Assembly (NCBI GenBank): GCA_040403495.1
Contig: JBBAKM010000010.1
Location: 26,743-90,742, forward strand
Source of the DNA: Bacteroidia bacterium
GTDB taxonomy: Bacteria; Bacteroidota; Bacteroidia; NS11-12g; UBA955
Direction: 5' to 3'
DNA length: 64,000 nucleotides
The notes beneath the pieces are model-generated. The model worked only from the letters and a program-made list of their open reading frames with translations. It was not told the origin of the DNA and did no database searches. The translations under genes and the position numbers were made by a program. Of the stretch, positions 1 through 10,200 are shown one piece after another (within the stretch, counting starts at the first letter, position 1; each line of letters starts with the position of its first letter).

Positions 1-2
1 AG

Positions 3-185
3 GGGGATTTATGGGCTTCTTTAGTGTTGTATCCTGCTTTAATACCAATACTCTTTTTGTTTGCGTACACATTTTTATACTTGATATACCGATTTAACAA
101 AGGTACAAAAGTAATTATAGCGTCCTATATTGTGGTTCAAGCAATAGTACTCGTTTCTTACATCAATCAATTGGCACATTTGTAA
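3..185 (+). CDS. Partial CDS, C-terminus of a hydrophobic membrane protein (5' end lies outside the window)
   Basis: Frame 3 is open from the window edge to TAA at 183-185. The translation is hydrophobic (…LVLYPALIPILFLFAYTFLYLIY…). A hairpin terminator follows. Confidence 0.3.
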   Translation, partial: GDLWASLVLYPALIPILFLFAYTFLYLIYRFNKGTKVIIASYIVVQAIVLVSYINQLAHL

Positions 186-204
186 GTGTTAAAAAGGCAT
201 AAAA

Positions 205-235
205 AAAACCCTTAAGATTTTCTTAAGGGTTTTTT
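205..235. terminator. Rho-independent terminator hairpin, AAAACCCTTAAGA-tttt-CTTAAGGGTTTTTT, lying between convergent genes
   Basis: Perfect 10-bp inverted repeat with A/T runs on both sides. It is downstream of both the + partial CDS and the minus FKBP gene. Confidence 0.6.
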
Positions 236-254
236 GTTAAAGATTGTTTTCTTA

Positions 255-938
255 TTACTTCGCTATTGAAACAAGTTCTAATTCGAATATCAAAGTTTGG
301 AAAGGTTCAATGCTCATTTCACCTGTGTATGGGTTTTGATTACCTTGACTGCCATAAGCAAGTTCGTATGGAATAATTACTTCTAATTTAGTACCTTCTT
401 CCATCATTGTAAGCGCTTTCAAGAATCCTGGGATTGCTCCACCATTCAATGCTGTTTTCAAAGGAGAACGGCCAATGCTTGAGTCAAACACTTTTCCGTC
501 AGTATATTTACCTGTGTAATGAACCATTACTGTATCAGTAATTTGTGGTTTAACACCATTGCCTTTAGCTATTTCTTTTACATAAATACCATCAACTGAT
601 TTGTAGTTTTTAGCATTGTTTTTAATGTATTCTGCGCCTTTAGTTTTGTTTTCTCCGTATTTTACTTCGTTTAAGTAGGTCATTGCAATTTGATTTTCCA
701 TTTCTTTAGGAATTAATAAATTGGTATCACCGTTTTTCATTACACTTTCAACTGCAGATCTAAAAATATCCCAATTGATTTCTTTTACTTTGAAGTTGTT
801 TAAAATTCTACCTGTGTTAGCGCCAAAAACATAAGCAAATGAATCTGCTTGATTGGTCATAGTTTTACTTCCTGAAGAAGACGAATTGCATGATGCTATG
901 GTGATAGCAACGATAGCAAGAATTAATATATTTTTCAT
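255..938 (-). CDS. FKBP-type peptidyl-prolyl cis-trans isomerase lipoprotein
   Basis: Signal peptide with lipobox (IASC). C-terminal FKBP domain (…VHYTGKYTDGKVFDSS…GFLKAL…LVSI). Confidence 0.85.
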   Translation of the reverse strand: MKNILILAIVAITIASCNSSSSGSKTMTNQADSFAYVFGANTGRILNNFKVKEINWDIFRSAVESVMKNGDTNLLIPKEMENQIAMTYLNEVKYGENKTKGAEYIKNNAKNYKSVDGIYVKEIAKGNGVKPQITDTVMVHYTGKYTDGKVFDSSIGRSPLKTALNGGAIPGFLKALTMMEEGTKLEVIIPYELAYGSQGNQNPYTGEMSIEPFQTLIFELELVSIAK

Positions 939-1068
939 TTTTTAATAAACGTTGCAAAGGTAAGCGTTTTTATATCGTGTTTTTTTAAGTCAAAAAATTA
1001 TTTTTTCAACGAATTAAATTTAAACTTATGTGTCTTTATTATAGGGTTTTAAGAGGTTTAAAATCGTC

Positions 1069-1671
1069 TTATTTTGAGGTTTTGAGGATGTTGTTAATGA
1101 ATTTTAAAAGTTCATCTTTGCCAACTTTTTTCTCGGCTGATGTAATAAATATATCAGGTAAAAATTCCCAAGTTTCTAAAAGTTTTTCTTGGTAGTTTTT
1201 AACATTAATCTCGAGTTCTGATGGTTTTAACTTATCTGTTTTGGTGAATGTAATACAAAATGGGATTCCACTTACGCCAAGCCATTCCATGAATTCAAGG
1301 TCGATTTTCTGAGGTTCTAATCTGGAGTCAATTAATACAAACAAGCAATACAAACTTTCTCTGTCCAAAATGTAATCTTGAATTAGTCTGCCAAATTTTT
1401 CTCTCGATTCCTTGGATACTTTGGCATAGCCGTAACCCGGCAAATCCACTAAATACCATTTGTTGTCAACAGAAAATCTTACAATATGTTGTGTTTTTCC
1501 TGGTTTGGAAGAAGTTTTTGCTAAGTCTTTATGGTCGCAAATCATGTTAATTAGCGAGCTTTTGCCTACATTACTTCTGCCTATAAATGCAAATTCAGGT
1601 AAGTCGTTTTTGGGTAATGTTTCGATGCTAGGAAAGGATCCTTTAAATTCTACTCTCATGTTATTAGGCAA
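1069..1671 (-). CDS. engB: Ribosome biogenesis GTP-binding protein YihA/EngB
   Basis: G1 motif GRSNVGKSSLIN, DLPGYG, and the length and architecture typical of EngB. Confidence 0.85.
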   Translation of the reverse strand: MPNNMRVEFKGSFPSIETLPKNDLPEFAFIGRSNVGKSSLINMICDHKDLAKTSSKPGKTQHIVRFSVDNKWYLVDLPGYGYAKVSKESREKFGRLIQDYILDRESLYCLFVLIDSRLEPQKIDLEFMEWLGVSGIPFCITFTKTDKLKPSELEINVKNYQEKLLETWEFLPDIFITSAEKKVGKDELLKFINNILKTSK

Positions 1672-1789
1672 TTTTTATTTAATTCTTATCTTTGCAGTAA
1701 GTTTTCACAAAAGTATAACTTATTTATCATTGACAGCAATTAAACCCATACAAAACTCAGAAAAGAGTAAAAAACAACAAGTTGAAGAG

Positions 1790-2455
1790 ATGTTTGATAG
1801 CATTTCTAAGCGTTATGACTTTCTTAATCATTTCTTGTCTTTAGGAATAGACAAAGGGTGGAGAAAGAAAGCGATTGCTAAATTAAAGCCTCATAAACCA
1901 CAAATAATTCTAGATGTAGCAACAGGAACTGCTGATTTAGCTTTGGAAGCACTTACACTAAATCCAACTAAAATAATTGGAGTTGATTTAAGTGAAGGTA
2001 TGCTAAGTATGGGCAGAAAAAAAATTGAGGAAAAAAGAAAATCTCAAATCATTGAACTTCATAAAGGTGATAGCGAAAAACTTCTTTATGAAAATGATTA
2101 TTTTGATGCATGTACAGTTGGTTTCGGTGTTAGGAATTTCGAAAATCTAGAATTAGGCTTGTCGGAAATATACAGAGTACTTAAGCCTGGGGCTAAATTA
2201 GTCGTGTTGGAATTTAGTAAACCAACCAGTTTCCCGATTAAACAATTGTATAATTTTTACTTTCAAACAATATTACCAGTTTGGGGGCGTTTTATTTCAA
2301 AAGACAATGCCGCTTACACTTATTTACCCGAATCTGTTAAACACTTTCCTGACGGAGAAAAATTTATTCAAGTTCTTAATAAAATTGGTTTTAAATCTGC
2401 GGATTGTCAAACCTTAACATTTGGAATATGCAGTATATACACAGGAGTAAAATAG
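1790..2455 (+). CDS. ubiE: Demethylmenaquinone/ubiquinone methyltransferase UbiE/MenG. The start is placed at the ATG at 1790; the 1460 start in the ORF track is an artifact that overlaps engB.
   Basis: MFDSISKRYDFLNHFLS…ILDVATGTADLA…GVRNFENL…LKPGAKLVVLEFSKP aligns with UbiE from its N-terminus. Confidence 0.8.
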   Translation: MFDSISKRYDFLNHFLSLGIDKGWRKKAIAKLKPHKPQIILDVATGTADLALEALTLNPTKIIGVDLSEGMLSMGRKKIEEKRKSQIIELHKGDSEKLLYENDYFDACTVGFGVRNFENLELGLSEIYRVLKPGAKLVVLEFSKPTSFPIKQLYNFYFQTILPVWGRFISKDNAAYTYLPESVKHFPDGEKFIQVLNKIGFKSADCQTLTFGICSIYTGVK

Positions 2456-3123
2456 TTTTAATTCTTTTCTTTTGTGTCGCACAACTTTATGGTCAGGGCA
2501 GAGAACATCGTCCAAGCTATGATTTAACAAAATTCCATTTCGGAATTACATTTGCCCCTTCATTTGCCAAAGCGAAAGTGATTTTGGCCCCTGATTTTTA
2601 TCAAAGAGATTCTGTTAGAAGGATTTCAACCCAAGGTTTTGCAGGCTTGTGTTTTGGAGGAATTGTAGACTATCGCATTGGTAAATTTGCAACAGTTAGA
2701 TACTTGCCTCAAATAGAGTTTTCGCAAAGGAATTTTAAATATACTTTCGACGATAGGGAAGACATTGCGAAAACAGAAACCGTTTCTTTGAATCAATGTT
2801 TACTGTTGAAATACCACTCCCAACGTCACAATAATACGAGGGTTTATTTAATAGGAGGCCTTCGCTATACTCACGATTTTCAAAGTAATGAAGATGCCAT
2901 TAGAGCGCCTAATAAACCAATGGTCGCATTCAAAGCCAATTCTTTTTATTATGAATATGGGTTTGGTATAGAAAATTTTGGAATATGGGCTCTTATCTCA
3001 ACAGAATTTAAAATGAGTAATAGCTTGACTAATATGATTAGTCCCGACCCTTATATATATGCAAGTTCTATTGATAGAATTCAATCTCGCCTTTTTCAAA
3101 TCTCATTTCACTTCCACAATTGA
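2428..3123 (+). CDS. Outer-membrane beta-barrel protein (PorT/OmpA-like beta-barrel family)
   Basis: Signal peptide (IVLILFFCVAQLYGQ), alternating amphipathic beta-strand pattern, and a C-terminal aromatic residue. Confidence 0.5.
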   Translation: MQYIHRSKIVLILFFCVAQLYGQGREHRPSYDLTKFHFGITFAPSFAKAKVILAPDFYQRDSVRRISTQGFAGLCFGGIVDYRIGKFATVRYLPQIEFSQRNFKYTFDDREDIAKTETVSLNQCLLLKYHSQRHNNTRVYLIGGLRYTHDFQSNEDAIRAPNKPMVAFKANSFYYEYGFGIENFGIWALISTEFKMSNSLTNMISPDPYIYASSIDRIQSRLFQISFHFHN

Positions 3124-4238
3124 TTTTTAATTTACAACATACTGATACAGAAAGTAGTGCTCGCGCTGGTTCTATTCATACCGACCATGGTGTTATAGAA
3201 ACGCCCATTTTTATGCCTGTTGGCACTATCGGAAGTGTAAAAGCGATAAACCAAAGTCAATTGAAAAATGAAATTGACGCACATATAATACTCGGAAATA
3301 CTTATCACCTCTATCTTAGACCCGGGACTTCTGTGCTGGAAGAAGCTGGAGGATTACATCAATTTATCGGTTGGGATAGACCTATTTTAACAGACAGTGG
3401 AGGTTACCAAGTGTATTCTTTGGCCGAAAAACGTAAATTGACAGAGGAAGGCGCAAGGTTTCAATCGCATATTGATGGCAGTAGACACCTATTTACGCCA
3501 GAAAACGTAATGGATATTCAACGCCAAATTGGTGCAGATATTATTATGGCATTTGATGAATGTCCTCCCTATCCTTCAACCTACGAGTATGCTCGCAATA
3601 GTATGCACCTAACTCACAGATGGTTGGACAGGTGTATTGAAAGATTTGATAATACAGAACCTTTGTATGGCTATGAACAGGTGCTTTTTCCGATTTTACA
3701 AGGGAGTTCTTTTAAGGACTTACGAAAAGAAAGCGCTGAGTTTATAGCAAAGAAAAATTGTTTTGGGAATGCCATCGGTGGATTAAGTGTAGGAGAGCCA
3801 CATGAAATAATGTATGAACTTACAGAGCTAGTGTGTGCAATATTGCCGAAAGAAAAGCCTCGTTATTTAATGGGAGTAGGAACTCCGGCCAATATTTTGG
3901 AGTGCATAGCCTTGGGAGTAGATATGTTTGACTGTGTAATGCCAACGAGGAATGGTAGAAACGGAACAATCTTTACCGAAGAGGGGATGATTAACATCAA
4001 AAATAAAAAGTGGGAGAAGGATTTTTCACCACTTGATGCAACATTATTGCCTCAATATTCTAAGGCTTATATCAGACATTTGTTTATGGCAGGTGAAATG
4101 CTTGGTCCCCAATTAGCAAGTTTGCAAAATTTAAGTTTTTATTTAAGCCTTGTTAAAGAAGCCCGTCAACGAATAATTGATGGTAGTTTTGTGTCATGGA
4201 AAAATGCAATGGTACAAAAATTGAATAGAAAGCTTTAA
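3120..4238 (+). CDS. tgt: Queuine tRNA-ribosyltransferase
   Basis: ARAG…DHGVIETPIFMPVGTIGSVK…GGLSVGEP. Clear full-length Tgt similarity. Confidence 0.9.
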   Translation: MIFNLQHTDTESSARAGSIHTDHGVIETPIFMPVGTIGSVKAINQSQLKNEIDAHIILGNTYHLYLRPGTSVLEEAGGLHQFIGWDRPILTDSGGYQVYSLAEKRKLTEEGARFQSHIDGSRHLFTPENVMDIQRQIGADIIMAFDECPPYPSTYEYARNSMHLTHRWLDRCIERFDNTEPLYGYEQVLFPILQGSSFKDLRKESAEFIAKKNCFGNAIGGLSVGEPHEIMYELTELVCAILPKEKPRYLMGVGTPANILECIALGVDMFDCVMPTRNGRNGTIFTEEGMINIKNKKWEKDFSPLDATLLPQYSKAYIRHLFMAGEMLGPQLASLQNLSFYLSLVKEARQRIIDGSFVSWKNAMVQKLNRKL

Positions 4239-4247
4239 TCTTATTGT

Positions 4248-5324
4248 TTGAAAAAGTTTGACCTTTATATTATCAAAAAATTCTTTACAACCTTTGTTGT
4301 AACATTGAGTTTATTTATAATAATTATCATCATTTTCGACGTTTCTGAAAAGTTAGATGATTTTTTAAAGAGGAATGCCCCAATTGATAAAATTATATTT
4401 GAGTATTATCTCAACTATATTCCTTTTTTCTTGAACCTGTTTAGTCCTATTTTTATTTTCATTTCGGTTATTTTCTTTACTTCAAAATTAGCATCCAAAA
4501 GTGAAATTATTGCCACTCTAGCTGCCGGTGTTACGTATAATAGAATTATCAGGCCTTATATGATAGCAGCTGCGTTTTTTGCGGTCCTTTCATTTTTCTT
4601 AAATGCCTACATTATACCAAGTTCTGATAAAAAAAGGGTGGCTTTCGAAAATGTATATGTCAGAGAAAGGCATGACAAGTATGTCAATAATACCCATGCG
4701 CAAATTTTGCCAAACACCTATTTTTACATGGAGTTTTTTGGAAATGACAGTACAGGTTCTGGTGTTTCATTGGAGGTCTTTGATGGCAATGAACTTAAAT
4801 CAAAGTTATTCGCTCGTAGAATTAGTTGGAACAGAAAAAACAACAAATGGAGATTAGAAGACTACATGGTAAGGAAATACTTGCCAACGGGAAATCATGT
4901 TGTTGAAACGGGACGTTACATGGATACGTTAATTCCATTTAATCCTGATGATTTTTTCAGAAGAAATGATGATGTGATGGCTTTTAATATCAATGAGTTG
5001 AGTCAGTTTATTGAAGAGGAAAAGCTCAAAGGGAATGAAAATTTACATTTTTATATCACCGAAAAGTACAGGCGATATGCAGCTCCATTTTCAACTTTTA
5101 TATTGGCATTCATAGGCGTTTGTGTATCAACCAAAAAGAGTAGAGGTGGGGTTGGGTTGAATTTAGGGATTGGTATTTTTATAAGTTTTATCTATTTATT
5201 TGTAATTCAGTATTTTAATACTTATGGCAATACAGGGTTAATGAATCCTATTATTGCAGTTTGGATACCTAATTTTATATTCGCAGGAGTAGGCTTTTTG
5301 CTCTACAGAAACGCTCAGAAATAA
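4248..5324 (+). CDS. LptF/LptG family permease (YjgP/YjgQ)
   Basis: Six-TM permease with the periplasmic beta-jellyroll insert typical of LptF/G. Confidence 0.7.
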   Translation: MKKFDLYIIKKFFTTFVVTLSLFIIIIIIFDVSEKLDDFLKRNAPIDKIIFEYYLNYIPFFLNLFSPIFIFISVIFFTSKLASKSEIIATLAAGVTYNRIIRPYMIAAAFFAVLSFFLNAYIIPSSDKKRVAFENVYVRERHDKYVNNTHAQILPNTYFYMEFFGNDSTGSGVSLEVFDGNELKSKLFARRISWNRKNNKWRLEDYMVRKYLPTGNHVVETGRYMDTLIPFNPDDFFRRNDDVMAFNINELSQFIEEEKLKGNENLHFYITEKYRRYAAPFSTFILAFIGVCVSTKKSRGGVGLNLGIGIFISFIYLFVIQYFNTYGNTGLMNPIIAVWIPNFIFAGVGFLLYRNAQK

Positions 5325-5392
5325 GGTTTGTGTTTTGTTGTTGGTGATTTGAAATGGAACTTACTAAGTTAAATTGATATATTTAGTGAGTA

Positions 5393-6199
5393 CTAAAATC
5401 CCCTCTGTCTCTTTGCTTCATAAAGTACAATAGCCGCTGCAACCGATACATTCATGCTGTCTATTTTGCCTAACATGGGTATTTTGATGTTTTGGTCAGC
5501 AAAATCTATCCAATCTTGACTCACTCCTGTCGCTTCGGTTCCTACGACTATGGCAATGTTGCCCTTGTAATCGCTCAAATGATAGTCGCTCGCTTGGTGT
5601 AAATTGGTGCAATAGGTCTTAAAGTTGTTTTTGCTTAGCCATTCCTGAAGTTCTTGATTGCTACTTAAGGCAACAGGAACGGTAAAAACAGTGCCTAAAC
5701 TTGAACGTATAATATTGGGATTGTATAAGTCGCTAGGAAGATGTGTGCCAATGACCGCATCAATTTGACAAGCATCCGCAGTTCTTAAAATAGCGCCTAA
5801 GTTGCCTGGTTTCTCCACTCCCTCAACAATTAAAATAAGCGCGTTTCCCTGAATCTTTAAATCGGATAAATGGTGTGAAGGGGTTTTTATACAAGCAATA
5901 ATTCCGCCTGTCGTTTCTCTGTAAGTGAGTTTTGAAAATAAAGCTTGGTTCAATTCAATAAATTCAATGTTTTTAAATTTATTGCTGATTTGATTAAGGA
6001 CAGAATGCTTGGCTTTCTCTGGTAAAAAATATACGGAATGAAACTCAGATTGACCTGCTAATGCCATTTCAATTTCTTTTTCCCCCTCTACAAGTGCCAA
6101 TTGTTGTTCTTTTCTAAATTTCGATTTTTCTAGTTGTAGTAGAAATTTGAATTTAGGATTGGCAGAACTTGTAATGCTATGTTTGGTTTGGAAATTCAA
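5393..6199 (-). CDS. TrmH/SpoU family RNA 2'-O-methyltransferase
   Basis: SPOUT motifs: GNLGAILRTADA, VVGTEATGVS, IPMLGKIDSMNVSVAAAIVLYE. Confidence 0.8.
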   Translation of the reverse strand: MNFQTKHSITSSANPKFKFLLQLEKSKFRKEQQLALVEGEKEIEMALAGQSEFHSVYFLPEKAKHSVLNQISNKFKNIEFIELNQALFSKLTYRETTGGIIACIKTPSHHLSDLKIQGNALILIVEGVEKPGNLGAILRTADACQIDAVIGTHLPSDLYNPNIIRSSLGTVFTVPVALSSNQELQEWLSKNNFKTYCTNLHQASDYHLSDYKGNIAIVVGTEATGVSQDWIDFADQNIKIPMLGKIDSMNVSVAAAIVLYEAKRQRGF

Positions 6200-7231
6200 T
6201 TAGATATTTAAAAATTTTAAGACAGATTCACTGAATATTTTGTTTTTGTCACTCTTTGAAATCAGCGTGTTTTCTTCAATGAATTTACCATGTTCTAAAT
6301 CCCCCAAAGGGAAAGGATAGTCTGTGCCATAGCAAATTTTATCGGCACCAAACATGTTGAGTAAATAGTTGAAAGCATCTGTATCATGCGTAATGCCATC
6401 AACCCAAAATTTGCCAATGTAATCTTTAGGGTTTTTTACATCGTTTAGGTTGACCAAATCTGGTCTAACCGACCAACCGTGTGCAATTCTTCCAAGTGTA
6501 AATGGAAAAGAACCTCCCGCATGTGCGTACATCACTCTTAATTTTGGGAATTTGTCAAAAATACCGCCAAATATCATACAACAAATAGCCCTGCTTGTCT
6601 CTGCCGGCATTCCTACCAACCAAGGCAACCAAAATTTTTGAATATAATCTTCCCCCAACATCTCCCAAGGGTGAATAAACAATGCCATGTCTAAACTTTC
6701 CATTGCTTCATAAAAAGGTAAGAAACGGTTGTCATCCAGATTGATGTTGTTAATATTTGAACCTATTTGAACCCCTTTAATTCCCAGTGTTTTTATTCTT
6801 TCCAATTCTTTTATAGCCAACGGAATGTCTTGCATAGGAAGAGTGCCTAAGGCTATAAATTTGTCGGGATAATCGTTTTGCACGCCTACAATATGGTCGT
6901 TTAGAAATGCCGACCACCACGCTCCATCTTTAGGCTTTGCCCAATAATTGAACAAAACAGGTACAGTACACAAAACCATTTTGTCGACATTGTTAGCCGA
7001 CATGTCCCATAATATTGCTTCTGGATTAAAACAGTTTTGTTCAACTTTTCTGAAAAATTTACCATCATCACGCATCATGTTGGCGGTTTTGCTTTCATGA
7101 TCTTGTTCTAAATAAATAAATCCACCATAGCCAAACTTGTGTTTAAGGTCGGGCCACGTAGGAGGCATTATATGTGCGTGACAATCTATTTTCATTGCTG
7201 CGAAATTATCTAAATTATTGTTAATTAACAA
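6200..7231 (-). CDS. Amidohydrolase-2 family protein (ACMSD-like metal-dependent hydrolase/decarboxylase)
   Basis: IDCHAHIMPP…HPW…HAGGSFPF…DYPF metal-ligand pattern of amidohydrolase_2. Confidence 0.7.
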   Translation of the reverse strand: MLINNNLDNFAAMKIDCHAHIMPPTWPDLKHKFGYGGFIYLEQDHESKTANMMRDDGKFFRKVEQNCFNPEAILWDMSANNVDKMVLCTVPVLFNYWAKPKDGAWWSAFLNDHIVGVQNDYPDKFIALGTLPMQDIPLAIKELERIKTLGIKGVQIGSNINNINLDDNRFLPFYEAMESLDMALFIHPWEMLGEDYIQKFWLPWLVGMPAETSRAICCMIFGGIFDKFPKLRVMYAHAGGSFPFTLGRIAHGWSVRPDLVNLNDVKNPKDYIGKFWVDGITHDTDAFNYLLNMFGADKICYGTDYPFPLGDLEHGKFIEENTLISKSDKNKIFSESVLKFLNI

Positions 7232-10200
7232 TCAAAGTTCCTTTGCCGTGGTAACTGTGGATACTTGGGTCGTACATAGCATCTGCTTGAATAGGTCCCA
7301 ATACAAAAGTTCCTTTGGAAACTGCACGACACATGTAATACAAAGTCTCGGTTTTATTGTTGCCAATGTCTAGGAAAAAATTAATGCGGTCATCCCTTAC
7401 ATCCATATAGCTTGGGTACGATTGGTTTTTCATCCACGACAATTCTTTGGTAGCTGTAATTCTTGGATTCTCAATTTCTAAACCAGCAGGAAGGATGTCG
7501 GTAATCGCAATGTTGCGAATTCCTCCTCCATACGGTCTGCTAATGTTGATTTTTACTATTACCAAGTCGTTTTGTTTTATTTGGGTTTGATTAATACTCG
7601 AACCATATCGGTTTAAAAAAGTTCTTCTTACCGTTAACCCTTTGTCTTCTTCTGTGTAGTATTTGCCATTCCCAATGCCTTCTGTTACTATGGTGTAAAA
7701 AATATTACCTGTGCCAGTGCTATTAATTTGAATTAAGTTATGTGCTTTTTGAGTTTTGTAAAGGCTGTTTTTGCCAGTAAATTCTAATACTTGTTTTTGG
7801 TCAATAAACACATTCGCTTTCCCTCCTTTATTGGTGTTTTTGAGGCTGAATTTACCCAATGCTGTAATACTAAATCCCATTTCATTGGTATTGAGATTTG
7901 GATTGTTTTTGAGGTCCTTGCTTAAGCTTTTTGCCAATTCATAAACTTGTGGATGATTGGGTTGTGACTCAATAAGTGCATTCAATACCAATGCTTTGTC
8001 CCTAATTGGAGATGAAAAATGATACCAATTCCAAACATTATCATTCTCGCGACTGTATTGTTTTGGCATTAACTCATTAAAGCTTTTCATGTCACCACAC
8101 AGTGCATAGGTTGCAGCAAGAATGTATTGTGAAGAATTGTGTAGTTTGGATTTGGACATTTTGCAGTAATTCATTGAGCTTTTACTCGGGCTGCCAGCCA
8201 AGGCCAAAACATACAGGGCATAAATTTTCTCTCTACTTATGTATTGTTTCCCATTTTCTACTAAATTGCTTATCTCGTTCATTGATTCTTTTTCTGTAAG
8301 ATTTGCAGAAGATTTAATCGTACACAATGAAATTAACTTGCTTTTGTTGTTCTTGTTGATTTCAAACCCTTTTTTGTCACACTCTATAAGGAAATGAAGT
8401 GCATAAGCATTGAGGTACAACGAATGATTGTGTTCTCCTGGCCAATAACTAATATTGCCATCGGAACTTATTAGGTTGTTTATTTTCTTTATGGCTTGGT
8501 TTACATTGTACGTTGGGTTTAGCTCAGATTCTTCAGCGGAGGTTTGATTCATGAATTTACCAACTGCTTTTGCAAATTCTGGAAATAATATTTGTGGCAT
8601 TGCTGTAGAAATAGTCTGTTCTGCACAACCATGAGGGTAGCGGACTAATTTTAAAAAATGAGAAGTAATTTGAGCTAATGGATTATTGTCTATATAAATG
8701 CTGGTGTTGGGCGTATTTACGAAAGCATCTTTTATTTCTGTTTCAAATTTCTCGCCTGGTTTTAATTGACCCTCGTGTGAATGGATAGTAAAACTTGCAG
8801 CAGGTCTAACACTTATTTCCGTGACTTCGGTGAATAATGTTTCGTTGCCTTTTATTTTGACCTTCACCAAACCTTTCCCCAATTCATTTTTAGCTTTCAA
8901 TGTGTAATAAATCAGCGCTTCTTTACCTGGGTTTATTTGGATGGTTTCATTGTTTTTATCAATGAGTTGTAATGGCCCTTCCACCATCACATCCGGATTT
9001 ATGGACATCACAGTTTGAGTGGTGTTATTGATATTGATGCCCATTTTTATTTCATCGTTTGGTGATAAAAATCTTGGAAGTGAAGTGCTAATGACTAGCG
9101 GGTCGAAAATCTTGACTTCCTTTTCTGCAGCTCCAAAAGCCTCGTCTTTGTATGAAACTGCCATTATTCTTACAGCACCATAAAATTGAGGAATATTGGC
9201 CTCAAAATTCACTTCCCCTTGCGCATTTGCTTTCATTATTCCACTCCAAATACTTAAAGGTTTGAAACGGTTGGTTGAAAGTGGATTAACCCTTTTTTCA
9301 AGACCCAATCCATCCCCGCCGCTGGCAGTACTTGTCATTTCAGGAAATAAGCGGGCATACAAATCAAAACTATTAACCATTAAAGCTCTTTTTTGATAAA
9401 AATATTGAAACGGGTTGGGTGATTTGAAGTTTTTTATTGATAAAATACCTTCATCAACTATCGAAACAGTGACTTCTGCATTGGGTAATGTTTTTATTTT
9501 AATGTTTTGCTTCGTCTTTGAACGGCTGTTTTCGGCGCAACTGATAGAAACGGGTATTTCTGTTTTTTCTTTATTGATGCTAATGTTTATCAAACCATGC
9601 GCAACTGTTAATGGCAAGCTGTTGTCAGCCATTTTTTTGATTAATGTAGCGTTGATATAGATATTAGGAATGTGTTGTTCGTTTAGGTCGAGTGTTAACG
9701 AAGCTGTTTTGTCTTTGGTTTCCAATTGGTGGTATTCCAATATTTTGTTTCGTTCTAAGGTTACTAAAAGTTTGCCATTAAAAGGGGTTTTAAATAGCAG
9801 TTGAGCCGTTTCATTGTGATTGTATTTGGTTTTATTGGATTCTATAATAATCTCGCCATCGGTGTCCACTTCAAATGAAGAGGCGTTGTTTGAACCATAT
9901 TGATAAGCGTAAAATGAAGTTTCTGAATAACCTGTAGGAATGCCAATTTGTTTAACCCTGATTTTGAATTCACCCGATAATAACGGCGTGTAAATAAAGT
10001 CGACTTTCCCGTTGTTAAAACTTACTTTTTTTGAGAGTAAGAGCTTTTCTGTTGGTTTGGAATTGTATTTAAATGTGCCATTGTAATTCTCTAAAATATT
10101 CTGCCATTCAATTTTGTAAACCTCAACAATGGTATTGCTCGCATTGATTGGTTTTTTTAACGCATTTAATGCCAATAATTTGAAAGTTATTGGTTTGTTC

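Noticed and set aside
1460-1789. N-terminal 110 codons of the 331-aa ORF in the track (1460..2455)
   Set aside because: This stretch overlaps the well-supported engB gene on the opposite strand. The UbiE homology begins at the ATG at 1790. The long ORF is an antisense-overlap artifact.
4603-4857. 84-aa ORF inside the LptF/G permease gene (another frame)
   Set aside because: It is nested in a well-supported CDS and has no independent signals.
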